Below, piece after piece: positions 1-11,269 of a DNA stretch of 64,000 nucleotides. The notes beneath the pieces are model-generated. The model made no database searches, was not told where the DNA came from, and worked only from the letters and a program-made list of their open reading frames with translations. Origin of the DNA: Eledone cirrhosa. Its lineage: Eukaryota. The stretch spans positions 227,106,001 to 227,170,000 of the forward strand of contig OZ024741.1 in the NCBI GenBank assembly GCA_964016885.1, read 5' to 3'. The first letter of the stretch is position 1. Every line of letters begins with the position of its first letter. A program made the translations under genes and the position numbers.

Positions 1-263
1 AATTTTGATAGACTATATATATATATATTTATATCTGTATTTTTAACCGTTGGTCAATCAATGATAAACATTGATTGCCAAATAAATTAACTATGGAGAT
101 AAAAAGATACAGAAGCGAAAACCAACCCCAACCAAACAATGAGTGTGTTTTCTTATTATTTCTGGCCATATTATAACAATGTGACCCTCCCCAAATATAA
201 CAATATGTTTCAACACACGATTTCATATCAAAATCCTTGCAAAACATATTCATATATATAATC

Positions 264-375
<112 letters not shown>

Positions 376-544
376 AAACATAGACATACATACAAATGTA
401 TATTATACGATCCATGATGAAATGAACTCGTCTTTAATATAGCTTTGAAATATCCCAGAGGTATTAATTAATTCTTGAAAAGACCGTATTCAAAAAGAAA
501 ATATTTACTTCTAGTATGAGTTATTACGATATGATATATCTTTA

Positions 545-617
545 CATAATTATATATATATGTGTGTGTGTGTGTATGCATACATATACATATATGTATA
601 TACACATATATAGAAAT

Positions 618-679
<62 letters not shown>
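545..679. repeat. Compound (TA)n/(TG)n/(CATA)n microsatellite
   Basis: Directly visible, ending in a pure TA run. Confidence 0.95.
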
Positions 680-685
<6 letters not shown>

Positions 686-1057
686 GATCGAGTATCGAAA
701 AATCGGCGCACGAGTTCACGATAAACAAGATTCGAAATGAGCGGCAGAGGGCTCAATAATTCAGATGAATCAGAGCTATAACCATCGTTAAAATACCGAC
801 ACATATAGAACAAGTCTACAATCAACCATACGATAAAAAATCGATAATAGAAGATTCGGGACAAACAGATAAAAAATATCAATAAAACAATACGTCAATA
901 ATTTAAATGAATGTAAAATGAATGTAAAATCATATATATATAGTATATTTGACAATATACTGTATGCTTAATTAAAAACATTTTGAAGACCTTGCGCTAT
1001 TATTTTAAAGTAGTGACTATGTCACTTACTTCTTTTTTCAACAAACAAAGGGAGATA

Positions 1058-1099
1058 AGCTGACAGATCTGTTTCATACTGTTGGTAATCATCAGAGCT
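1058..1099 (-). ncRNA. Minimal type-I hammerhead ribozyme motif (Penelope-type)
   Basis: Minus strand reads AGCT-CTGATGA-TTACCAACAGTAT-GAAA-CAGATCTG-TC-AGCT: intact core, stem I AGCT/AGCT, stem II TAC/GTA, palindromic stem III CAGATCTG. Confidence 0.8.
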
Positions 1100-1426
1100 T
1101 AGCACTCGCCGATGCCTGTTGAAAATTATAGATGTTGGATTCTTATAGAATTCCAGTAATAATCAGGAACTATTATACAGAGCGATTGCCGGTCCAGCAA
1201 AAATTGAAAATTAGAATTGGTGCTCTGAAATAGCGATAATACAGTATATTGCCAAATATACTATATATATATTCATATATACATCGCTATTTCAGAGCAC
1301 CAATTCTAATTTTCAATTTTTGCTGGACCGGAAATCGCTCTGTATAATCAGTTCCTGATTATTACTGGAATTCTATAAGAATCCAACATCTATAATTGTC
1401 AGCAGGCATCGGTGAGTGCTAAGCTC
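1095..1426. repeat. Long inverted repeat, arms ~143 bp (1095-1237 / 1283-1426)
   Basis: Arms are reverse complements with few mismatches around a 45-nt AT-rich spacer; adjoins the hammerhead at 1058-1099. Confidence 0.95.
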
Positions 1427-1590
1427 GACCAATCCCACTCGCTGAGCATCGCAAACATTACCCAAAAAGGAGAACTAGTCAACATCATCGGATGCTTTCG
1501 AAACCGCAGGGTTTTTTTGTTTTGATTTTTGGTTCAGAGTTTCCCTCTCTTAGAAAGGTGTTGTGACAACAACTGCGGGCCTTTCACTCC
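1424..1590 (+). repeat. Dispersed repeat, unclassified (further copies ~2436-2590 and ~41986-42110)
   Basis: Shared GACCAATCCCACTC...TCAACATCATCGGATGC...GGGCCTTTCAC blocks; the 42-kb copy is more diverged. Confidence 0.75.
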
Positions 1591-1637
1591 TAGGCAAATA
1601 AAAAGAAAAGTACTATTTGGATGGCCGTTGACTCTGC

Positions 1638-1795
1638 TGAGTTCCTCCGCCCTTCGCCAAGTCTTGTATTTCATCCTACAGGGTGTCCAAATATCACCCT
1701 CCTCACTAAGCAAGCTTGGTGGGGTCGCCGACGACCCGACCATGAGACAGGTTGCAGTGGGTTACGTGTTACCAGTAGCACTCATGAGCGACCTG

Positions 1796-1797
<2 letters not shown>
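1638..1797. repeat. Dispersed repeat; reverse-complement copy at 37912-38080
   Basis: Shared blocks such as CCTCCTCAC.AAGCAAGCTTGGTGGG and GACGACCCGACCATG; ORF track shows LLTKQAWW at both places. Confidence 0.85.
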
Positions 1798-1829
<32 letters not shown>

Positions 1830-2248
1830 ACGCACACATGTATTTTGTGACATAATCACAGCTCTTTATAAATTCATAGCGAAGCTTCAAGGATATTTAT
1901 TTTATTTACATGAACATTTCCATTATGATTCAATATTCAAACCAGGTCGTCTTAATAACGTTATGTCAGAGCATCACTACCTCATGTTAATTCGATCCCT
2001 CCAGCTTTTCCTCTGTATGCAAATGAGCTTCATCAGCCGATGTTCATAAGCATAAAAAAACTACAAGCTTTTAGCTTATTTTGTGTTAGCAACTAAAAGG
2101 AGCAAGCCCCTCTGTCGACGGTTAAGGAGCTGGAGACGGTTCGGTCATGGTGTACTCGCCTTGTTGTTAAAATTATTGGGGACAAGATCACTCGCTTTTT
2201 AGAGTATATTTACAGTATAAATAAAGTTTCATACAATTAAAATATGTG

Positions 2249-2331
2249 CACAACTATTGGTTTGCGGGGTCCAGTTACGGCCAACAACGTATAGTGGAGG
2301 AGGTTCTTCAAAATTGGCCCCTCATCAGGTG
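2249..2331 (-). ncRNA. Degenerate hammerhead-like motif with extended helix II
   Basis: Minus strand CAC-CTGATGA-GGGGCCAA...TTGGCC-GTAA-CT...AG-TT-GTG; stem I CAC/GTG, GGCCAA/TTGGCC helix, GAAA box altered. Confidence 0.4.
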
Positions 2332-2629
2332 TTCAGAAAAAAAAAGTATTTATATATACGGCCAGTCACACAAACCTGTAACATATCATGAACAAGCAAT
2401 GTCTGTGCTTTGAAGGTTTTTTAAGTGGGGGACGGCCTTGCACTCGACCAATCCCACTCTCTGGGCATCGAAAACACCACCCGTAAAGGAGAACTGGTCA
2501 ACATCATCGGATGCTTCCGATGCCGCAGGTTTTTTTTTTCCAGAGTTTCCTTCTAGAAAGGTGTTGTGACAACAACTGAGGGCCTTTCACATATACATAC
2601 ATATATAGAGACAAACACACATATATATA

Positions 2630-2811
2630 TAGTTATGTAATAAACAACATAAGACAATTATTCCATTTACCAAAGGTTTCACGAAGACAGACGTCTGAAA
2701 TCGTTCGTTAGAATCTGAGGAACGATTTCAGACGTCTGTGTCAAGCTCGTCTGTCTTCCTGAAACCTTTGGTAAATGGAAAGATTGTCTTATGTTGTTTA
2801 TTACATAACTA
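2630..2811. repeat. Fold-back repeat with two hammerhead motifs meeting at the apex
   Basis: Arms are reverse complements. Minus 2665-2714: ATT-CTAACGA-ACGA..TCGT-GAAA-CCTTTGG-TA-AAT. Plus 2712-2776: AAT-CTGAGGA-ACGA..TCCT-GAAA-CCTTTGG-TA-AAT. Confidence 0.85.
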
Positions 2812-2892
2812 AATAGCTCTGTAGCCTACAGAGAGCACTCTCCTTTCCTTTACCTTTCCTACGGAAACACTTAATATATATATATAAAATAC

Positions 2893-3257
2893 GTAAGTCA
2901 AACATGTTAAATTTGGCTTCGTTTATTATATGCTATATATATTTCAGTGACAGCTATTATTGGCTGTGACCTCTTCAGGCAGTACGAATTAATGTAGAAA
3001 GAACAGGTAAACATGGTGTTGAAATGTGTTCCACTCTGTCAATTCATCGATATGTCCAGCTCCTCGTAGGACTAACAACACACTCAGGAGCTGGACATAT
3101 CGATGAATTGACAGAGTGGAACACATTTCAACAACATGTTTACCTGTTCTTTCTACATTAATTCGTACTGCCTGAAGAGGTCACAGCCAATAATAGCTGT
3201 CACTGAAATATATATAGCATATAATAAACGAAGCCAAATTTAACATGTTTGACTTAC
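2893..3257. repeat. Near-perfect inverted repeat, 172-bp arms (2893-3064 / 3086-3257), 21-nt spacer
   Basis: Only one mismatch found between the arms by eye. Confidence 0.97.
3169..3219 (+). ncRNA. Minimal type-I hammerhead ribozyme motif (mirror copy on minus strand at 2931-2981)
   Basis: TGC-CTGAAGA-GGTCACAGC-CAATAATA-GCTGTCACT-GAAA-TATATA-TA-GCA, followed closely by AATAAA. Confidence 0.8.
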
Positions 3258-3572
3258 TTATTTTACATTACTCCGGAGCAAACAAAACAACCTGCGTACT
3301 TCATCGAGTGCTCCAACCTGCATACTCGGGTGTCGGTAAACAACCAACACATACTCAATATATATATATATATATATAAGGCAATTTATATACAATATAT
3401 CTTCTATATATGGTCTATAAAATCAATTCATCTGCTAATTAGAATTGTCAGTGGTATTACAGAATTCTAGAAAATTCCTATTTGAAAAAAAAATGTATAT
3501 ATTGATATATTTACATTTTAACACCAAATATGCTATAAAATAACAAATCATCTCAAGCGATACTGGTCTCTT

Positions 3573-3686
<114 letters not shown>

Positions 3687-3767
3687 GTGTGTTTAATGGT
3701 AGCTATGGTGCTTCCATAGGCGGTATGCCAAAATTAGCACTCCATATTCTTACAGAGCAGAGTGTGA

Positions 3768-4962
3768 ATAGTATAAAAAAACGAAAAATCAGTGATGCAT
3801 CTGGACTCAGTTTATTGCGTGTTACAATTGTTTCGCCGGCAGGTAGCTCGTGACATGATCACTGTATGGAGCTGGCTGATTCTACGGTTGCAGGTTCCTT
3901 CGGACACATGCAATTCTTTCGGAGCAAATTTTCTCACTGGGGTGTTATCATAAAAAAACATCTTCCACTCTTGTCATGCCATTGGCTGTTCTTTTTCTAC
4001 GTCATCATAAATTCTGGTCACTATTTCCTGCTACACTGGTCATCAGCCATTTTCCGTCCGACACACTTCAATGGAGCCATGCTGGGTTTGGTATCTCACA
4101 CGTCTGTTCACACTCCCGTGTATGTACCTACATATACACACACACGCAGGCACACCCACATGCATGCAGGCACACCCACATGCATGCATACACATATATA
4201 TACACACACTCTCCCTCTCTTACACATACCGAAGCACACCCACGCCCATATACAGACCACCACATGTCTGCTGGCGCCTTCCTATACAGCCCCTTACATC
4301 CGGTCTCACACGCACAGACACACACGAACACGCATACAAAGACACATATCGGCGTTCGGGCACATCTGCACATATACACAAACACTCTTAGACACATACA
4401 TCGACACACACACGCACATCTTTATGGATAGGCATCAAGGACAGACACACTTCCAAAGACATAAGCACACACACAGATATAGACCTGTCGTCCATATATC
4501 TACACACAAGTTCATGTACCCGCATATAAACATATAGACAAACCCTGTCCTATGTGGGTGTATATGTGTGTGTGTGTATTTGTGTGTGTGCGTGTGTATA
4601 TGTGGGTACATACTCGGGAGTGTGAACAGACGTGTGAGATACCAAACCCAGCATGGCTCCATTGAAGTGTGCCGGACGGAAAATGGCTGATGACCAGTGT
4701 AGCAGTAAATAGTGACCAGAATTTATGATGACGTAGAAAAACAACAGCTAATGGCATGACAAGAGTGGAAGATGTTTTTTGATAACACCCCAGTGAGAAA
4801 ATTTGCTCCGAAAGAATTGCATGTGTCCGAAGGAACCTGCAACCGTAGAATCAGCCAGATCCATACAGTAATCATGTCTCGAGCTACCTGCCGGCGAAAC
4901 AATTGTAACACGCAATAAACTGAGTCCAGATGCATCACTGATTTTTCGTTTTTTTATACTAT
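3768..4962. repeat. Long inverted repeat, ~370-bp arms (~3768-4140 / ~4590-4962) around a CA-rich spacer; Penelope pLTR-like
   Basis: Reverse-complement arms; mirrored ORFs in the track (MEPCWVWYLTRLFTLP on both strands); hammerhead-like GAAA-CAATTG-TA-ACAC followed by AATAAA. Confidence 0.9.
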
Positions 4963-4971
4963 ATATATATA

Positions 4972-6020
4972 CTAGCAGAGGTACCGGGCGTTGCTCGGAT
5001 ATTAAATAGCAGTTGTGTATACCATTTATATCAATACTTCAATGGTGCTTCGAAAACTATACTTTTACAAAATCATCGGCTTTTTCCAAAAGGGGGTTCC
5101 TGCCCCCAGGAGTCCCCTACCCAATGTGTGCCAATTCTGAGAGTTAACATTCATCTGTAGGACAAACGAAGCCCATGTTTCAAGTTTTGTGAAAATCGGT
5201 TGCGAACTCCAGAAGTTATGACGTTTTGTTGCATTGCACTGCAGTGCTTCAGTCGACTCCAAGGAAGTGGTTAAAGTGGTTAAAGGGGTTATCTGCCGGG
5301 GGGGGGGGGCTATAATCAATATCTGGAAATATGACAGTGCCCATGACCATCCGGAGTACATAGGTAACCTATGTCTTAAGTTTGGTGAAAATACTGTAGA
5401 AATGCATAAGGTTTATACATACGCGCGTGCGTCGTGTGGGTGTGTATGTATTCGTGTGTGCGTATGTATGTGTATATCCGTTGGGGCATACGTATGCACT
5501 GGCCTAAATCTTCACTATTTTAATAACCTCTGTCATTTTCGTTTTCAATTTTATTTACATCATTCTTAAACTCCGGGACTGGAATTCATTCTGTTATTTT
5601 AAATAGAATATTAGTCTAACGACTCCATTTATACCATAAACTTGGTCTTGTCTTTGCATGAAATTGTTCTTCACGATCCACATAACGACGTATTATCCTC
5701 GCTTTTTTCCCGTCCATTGCCAGGGAACGTCTTTACGAACCAAAATATCGTCTTCCTGTTTTCGTTCGATTGCAACGTTTCTCGAAATATTTACTTCTGC
5801 GTTCATAGATTACTCTCAGTTCAATTTGAATGGGAAATTCCTGTTTCATCGATTTTCTCCGTAACCATGGGAGCTTGTAGCTTGAAAGTCGACCCAACGC
5901 CTCCTCGGTTCATTCTGCATAACTGTGTAAATTTTCGCTGCATTCTACCAAGCCGTTTCGACGTTTATCCGACTACACCTACATATACAACGTCCGACCA
6001 CTTCCAATTTATATAGTAGA
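4972..6020 (-). mobile_element. Non-autonomous Helitron
   Basis: Minus strand begins TCTACTATATAAA and ends CTAG, with a subterminal hairpin CCGAGC-AAC-GCCCGG; sits between A and T with no TSD; no ORF. Confidence 0.75.
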
Positions 6021-6779
6021 TTTGTTTATATATGAATGACAAAAAGAAAAGTACAAAACTATACATGAATTGTTTCTACTAAACCTTCAATTTAAGACAC
6101 AACCTACATATTTGATAGGACTCCAGCTCACACCTTCTTCTTCTTTTGCTCCCCCTGGAACATTGGGCTGCGAGCCACCCCCACACAACGCCATGTTCTG
6201 AGTCTGCTTTTCAACTCCACCGTGCACCATGGTGTATCTAACCATTTTTTTTCAGGTCTTACTACGGCTGATTTCTTCCAGAGAGAAAGAAAGAGATGGA
6301 AAAAGGCAGAGAAGATTCATCCCCGGAGGAATAATAAAAAATGTTTACACAGCACATTTCATTTTTTTCAAAACTAAAGCTGCCGATCCAAAATCAGTAA
6401 TTCAACACCTTGAAAACTTTCAAATATATGCTGTTCTAGCATGAATATTATGCTGTCCACAAAGTTAGATTTACTTGCATATCCCCGCTCATAAATACAT
6501 GCATACATTACAGTTATTTTTTTAATTAAAGCGTTTTCATATTATATATATATAAAATATATTTGTGAAATAGGTGGTGGTTGAAATTCAGATGTGCACG
6601 GTTAAATGGTAGTAGACGTAGTCGGGCGGACATGAAAATTTACACACCTATGTAAAAAGTGCCAAGAAAGCAAATAGACGAGGTTTCAAATCTCTAACTT
6701 GAAAAATGTGGTCCCTGGGGCCCCCAAACGGTCTATTTACTATGGCTATTGATAAAGTATTCGTCTACCGATCCTAAAT

Positions 6780-7370
6780 ATAGTGAGTTCGATACTCGGC
6801 GGGGTGTTGGGTCTTGCAGCAAGACACTTTATTTCACGTTGCTCTTGTCAACTCAGCTAGAAAATTAGGTGTATCTGTAATTCAAAGAGCCAAACTTGTA
6901 ACACACTGTGTCATGATGAATCTCCCTGAGAACTATATTAAGGGTTCACGTGTCTGTGAGATGATCAACCACAAGCACGTTAATTTCACGACACGAGTAG
7001 GCTATTTTGTTGATCAAATAAATGGAACACTCGTTGGTCCAACAATAAGGTGCTTTGCATGGCTTAATGGTTAGTGTGTTTGACCTACAATCCTAAATGT
7101 CATGAGTTCGAATCCGGCGACACGTAGTTTCCTGGAGCAAAACACCTTATTAAACGTTGCTCCAGTCAGCTCAGCTGGAATAAAATATGAGTTGCAGCCA
7201 TGAATCAAAAAGCCAGCCTCATTACACAATGTCACGTTGAATCTCATTGAGAACTGCGTTATGTGCTCATGTCTGTGGAATACTCAGACACTTTCACTTT
7301 CATTTCATGATCAAGCTATTCTATTATTCTAATACCCGGAACACTCGTTGTTGGCACCGACAGAGATCCT
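6780..7370 (+). mobile_element. Two tandem decayed tRNA-derived SINE copies (~6780-7050, ~7056-7370)
   Basis: B-box-like GAGTTCGA heads and shared body (GAGCAA.ACAC...TCAGCT.G...GAATCTC..TGAGAACT...GGAACACTCGTTG). Confidence 0.65.
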
Positions 7371-7390
7371 ATATACATGCTTTACAATAA

Positions 7391-7688
7391 GAAACACAAA
7401 TTTAAATTTTGAAGACCAAACACAGCACAATGCGTTATGGAGAATGTTAAATTGCCAAGATAAGAAAAGAATGCTACCTTAGTAAATTTAACGATCCCAA
7501 ATATTTTCGGGTTTAAAAACCCATTATCAAGGGAGTAACCTTATGGGAAACTTAAAAATCGATCGGAAAGACTTAACCTAAAAATATTTGGGATCGTTAA
7601 ATTTGCTAAGGTAAGATTCTTGTTATCTTGGCAATTTAACATTCTTCATACGCATTGTGTTGTTCTTCAAAATTTAAATTTGCGTTTC
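7391..7688. repeat. Older inverted repeat (~7391-7516 / ~7573-7688) with a decayed hammerhead
   Basis: Reverse-complement arms with indels; minus 7495-7534 reads TCCC-TTGATAA-TGGGTTTTTAAACCC-GAAA-ATAT-TT-GGGA. Confidence 0.8.
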
Positions 7689-8611
7689 CTATTAAACAAT
7701 ACTTCAAACAAGCTATAAAACTATGCTTTGCAATATTTTTGAATGTTTTAAAACACTGTTCGTGTAGGTAGAAGGCCCTTAACCCTTGGTGGAGTCGTAG
7801 GTACGCCATCCTGGCATGTCCCTTAGATGCGGAAAACGACGGATTGCTTCCAGAAAAAGAGAAGAGAATCGACCCCATCCCAGACACTGGTGTTATATTT
7901 ATCGACCTCGAAAGAATGATTGGCAAAATTGACTTCAACAGTATTTGAACGCAGAGTGCAGTGAACAGAAAGAAACACGGTGGTTTCTTATCGTCCATTG
8001 TTTAGCCTTATATCAATTTCCACATTTTCTTGTGTATTTGTCCCCGTCACAAGAGATGACTGGGGAAGTAAGGGGTGATAACAAACTGAGAAAGGAAGGG
8101 GTGATAACGTCGACTGAAAAAGGAATATTCGCTACATCTGTGTGTCTATATGTATAGTGAATTGGCTGTTATGATTATGTGTGTCTGTGTGAGTGTATGT
8201 GTTTGAGTGTGTTTATTTAGAAAGATACATAGACAATAGAATTACAAATACACACGAATCTACACATACAGACACAGTTAGAAAAAAATAATTGTTACAC
8301 ACACACACATCTGTTTTGATTGAGAAAGAAGGGGGTAACAAAATATAGTCCAGCGTTCTAAGATGTGTGTGTTTGTATCACTTGTGTGAGTGAGCGTGAA
8401 GGAACGAACGAACCAACCAACCAACAAACAAACATCTCTTTTTTTATATTATGTATACATATTACAATTAGCCGTCATTTTTGACGGCACGGGGCCAGCT
8501 AGTAAAAAAATAATCACCTTCAATAATGAATTAGATTCTCAGAATAACTTTTCATCTTCTTACACGACATTTTTTTTTTTTTTTTTTCGCAGGCTGGTGA
8601 CCTTATTTTGA

Positions 8612-8772
8612 AAGGCGACGAATTCGCTGTCGATACAACGTCTGATAGAATGATTTTCAGTATTCGTTCCGGCTCTCTGCGCTGAGTTCAAATCTCGCCG
8701 AGATCAGCTTTAGCTTTAATCCCTTTGAGGTTGATAAACAAACCAAAAGCAGCAGTCCAGTACTGAGGTCAA
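8612..8772 (+). mobile_element. tRNA-derived SINE (same family at ~7868-7965 -, ~10229-10380 +, ~11855-11975 +, ~37620-37815 -, ~60866-61070 +)
   Basis: Recurrent GAGTTCAAAT..CGCCGAG.TCA.CTTT.GC.TT..ATCC.TT...GTACTG.GGTC motif in at least six places. Confidence 0.75.
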
Positions 8773-9338
8773 TTCTTCATTTCCTCTCGATCCCTCTTTC
8801 ACTGGAAGAAATGAGCCCTGTTCAGACCTGGAGATGGGTTCCACCAGGTTTAGAAAATGGACGTGTCACACTGTATGTCACTACGGCGTCTCTACAACTA
8901 TCAAGAATTATGTGTCCATACATATAATCTTATCGGAAGTACGTGGCAAATTTATTTAATCATTTAAAATACACACAAAAACAAACCATTATATTCATTT
9001 CTCGTTTAATTTGAAAGGTGGATAGTCATCATCATCATTTAACGTTCAGTCCAGTACTGAGGTCAATTCTTCATTTCCTCTCGATCCCTCTTTCACTGGA
9101 AGAAATGAGCCCTGTTCAGACCTGATGGGTTCCACCAGGTTTAGAAAATGGACGTGTCACACTGTATGTCACTACGGCGTCTCTACAACTATCAGGAATT
9201 ATGTGTCCATACATATAATCTTATCGGAAGTACGTGGCAAATTTATTTAATCATTTAAAATACACACAAAAACAAACCATTATATTCATTTCTCATTTAA
9301 TTTGAAAGGTGGATAGTCATCATCATCATTTAACGTTC
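8753..9338 (+). repeat. Direct tandem duplication of ~294 bp (8753-9046 / 9047-9338)
   Basis: Near-identical copies differing by a 3-nt indel and a few substitutions. Confidence 0.95.
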
Positions 9339-9589
9339 GCCTTCTTTACTAGCAAGGGTTGAATGGGTTTTCAGTCCACATTTACTCAAGCGGAATTATT
9401 GACCTCTCAGGTGAGTGGTGGGGTGGATACATCCTGTTTACATGCGTTTCCGCACTTTATAAAAGTCTGAGATAGGGGCACACACCTAACTTACGTTCCT
9501 GCATTATACTGAGTGCTAAGATCGGCAGGAGGGCTGCCACACGCTTACATGCCCCCGCGCTCAAACGAGTGCATCTTACCGTGGCACCA

Positions 9590-9965
9590 ACACTAGGGAG
9601 GTTGTCATGTCTTTGATACGGTTCAAGGGCCCTCCTGGCCTTTGTTTAGCAGTTTTCTAGAGTTGGATGTCCTTCCCATCACCAATTTTACAGAATGTAC
9701 TGGATGCGTTTATCGTGTAGATCCCCAGCACAATGAAGGTTGTCATGTCTTTGACACAACTGAAAAGACCTCCCGACTCTTTGTTTGATAGGTTGTCTAA
9801 GGATGGATGCCCTTCCTATTACTAATCAGTTTATAGAGTGTATTGGGTATGTTTATCATGTAGATTAATGACACTAGGATAGTCGCCGTGCCCTTGACAC
9901 AACAGAAACGCCCTTCCGACTCTTTGATTGGCAGGTTACCCTTTCTATTACAAACCACTTTATAG
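9590..9965 (-). repeat. Three to four degenerate tandem copies of a SINE/RTE-tail fragment
   Basis: GGTTGTCATGTCTTTGA...GGATG.CCTTCC.AT recurs about every 140 bp; reverse complement of the family at 11270-12525. Confidence 0.65.
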
Positions 9966-11269
9966 TGTACTTATACTAGACAGATTGTCGTGCTCTTGAC
10001 ACAACTGAACAGTCCTTCCGACCCTTTCATTGACAAGCTTTCTATGGCTAGATTATTTGTGTATAATGAAAACATTGTCTATTTTCCACATCATACATAT
10101 TCAGTAACATTTTACTTTATCGTTTTCCCATTGATTAGAGCTTTTCCATGTTTCATGATTCTAATTATAAGTGGATTGTTGTTGGGGCGGGGAACATCCT
10201 ACGTCCACTGTTTCACAGTGTTAACTTGTGAGGCAATGAATTGACAGAGTCGTTAGATTTAAAATGCCTTGGTAATTGTCGCAATTCAATACACTCTGAA
10301 TTCAAATCCGGCCGAGGTCAACTTTGCCTGTCATCCTTTCAAGATCGATAAATAAATCGACCCCAGTACTGGGGTCGATTCTTTCTCTCTTTCTGTAGAA
10401 AAAAAATAATCAGCTGTGGTCCAACCTGGAGAAGGCTGGGCTCCACCAGGTTTAAAATGCCCCTACAATTCCATAATGAATTAAGAGCCCTTTACCCTTT
10501 TATTATCGACTTGTAGCTTGCTTCCATGAAAAAACGTCAGGTTAGTGACTGGAGAGTCAATAATTCATATCACTTCTAGCGCCATATTTAATGTATATAT
10601 AATGATACAAAACCTGAGATACTGAATTAGCTGATGCTTAGGCTAAGATCTTTCGAGCTGATTGAAATTGAAGTGGTTAATGCCTATACTAAGGTCCCTC
10701 CAGACAAATGATGGCTTCTGAATATGCACTGCACAACTGGAAGTTATTGAGTTAACAGAAAAGAGGGGAGGAGTGGTTAAAAAGACTATGGAGATAAGTC
10801 TCTCTTCAAACACTAAGAAATATATTCATTTCTTTAATATCCACAGTATAAAACAAATGAACCAATTAAAATGTCTAACATAGGCACAAGACACATTTAC
10901 TTAAAGTGTATTCAAGTCAATCAATACTTGGAAAAGGGGGGTTTCTTCTCTGAAGACCTGATTTCCAGCTCTCCTAAGAGTTTCTTACTACTTCTTACCA
11001 CTATAAAGTTTGTTTGTGTATATGACCCATTCCCACCTCTCATTTTTTTTAAAACAATCTTTTGTTCCTTTCCCTCTGCCTCACCTCAGACTGGGTTTTT
11101 CCTCTCTATTGTTATCTATCCTTTTCCTCATAACGAATTTTACTGGTAAACTTAGTATATAGACACTTGGAAGGATGAAAATGAAAGTCAACTTTGAGAG
11201 GATTTTAATTCAGAATGCAGGGTACAAGCTGAAGCATATAGACAATATGCCCCCACACCCTCCCACTGC

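Noticed and set aside
4785-4826. Second hammerhead-like CAGTGA...CGAAA in the same arm
   Set aside because: No valid helix III or UH site could be formed.
3866-4938. Overlapping ORFs on both strands
   Set aside because: Mirror products of the inverted repeat and CA-rich spacer.
8612-8700. tRNA-like A/B boxes here and at other SINE heads
   Set aside because: No cloverleaf; they continue into SINE bodies.
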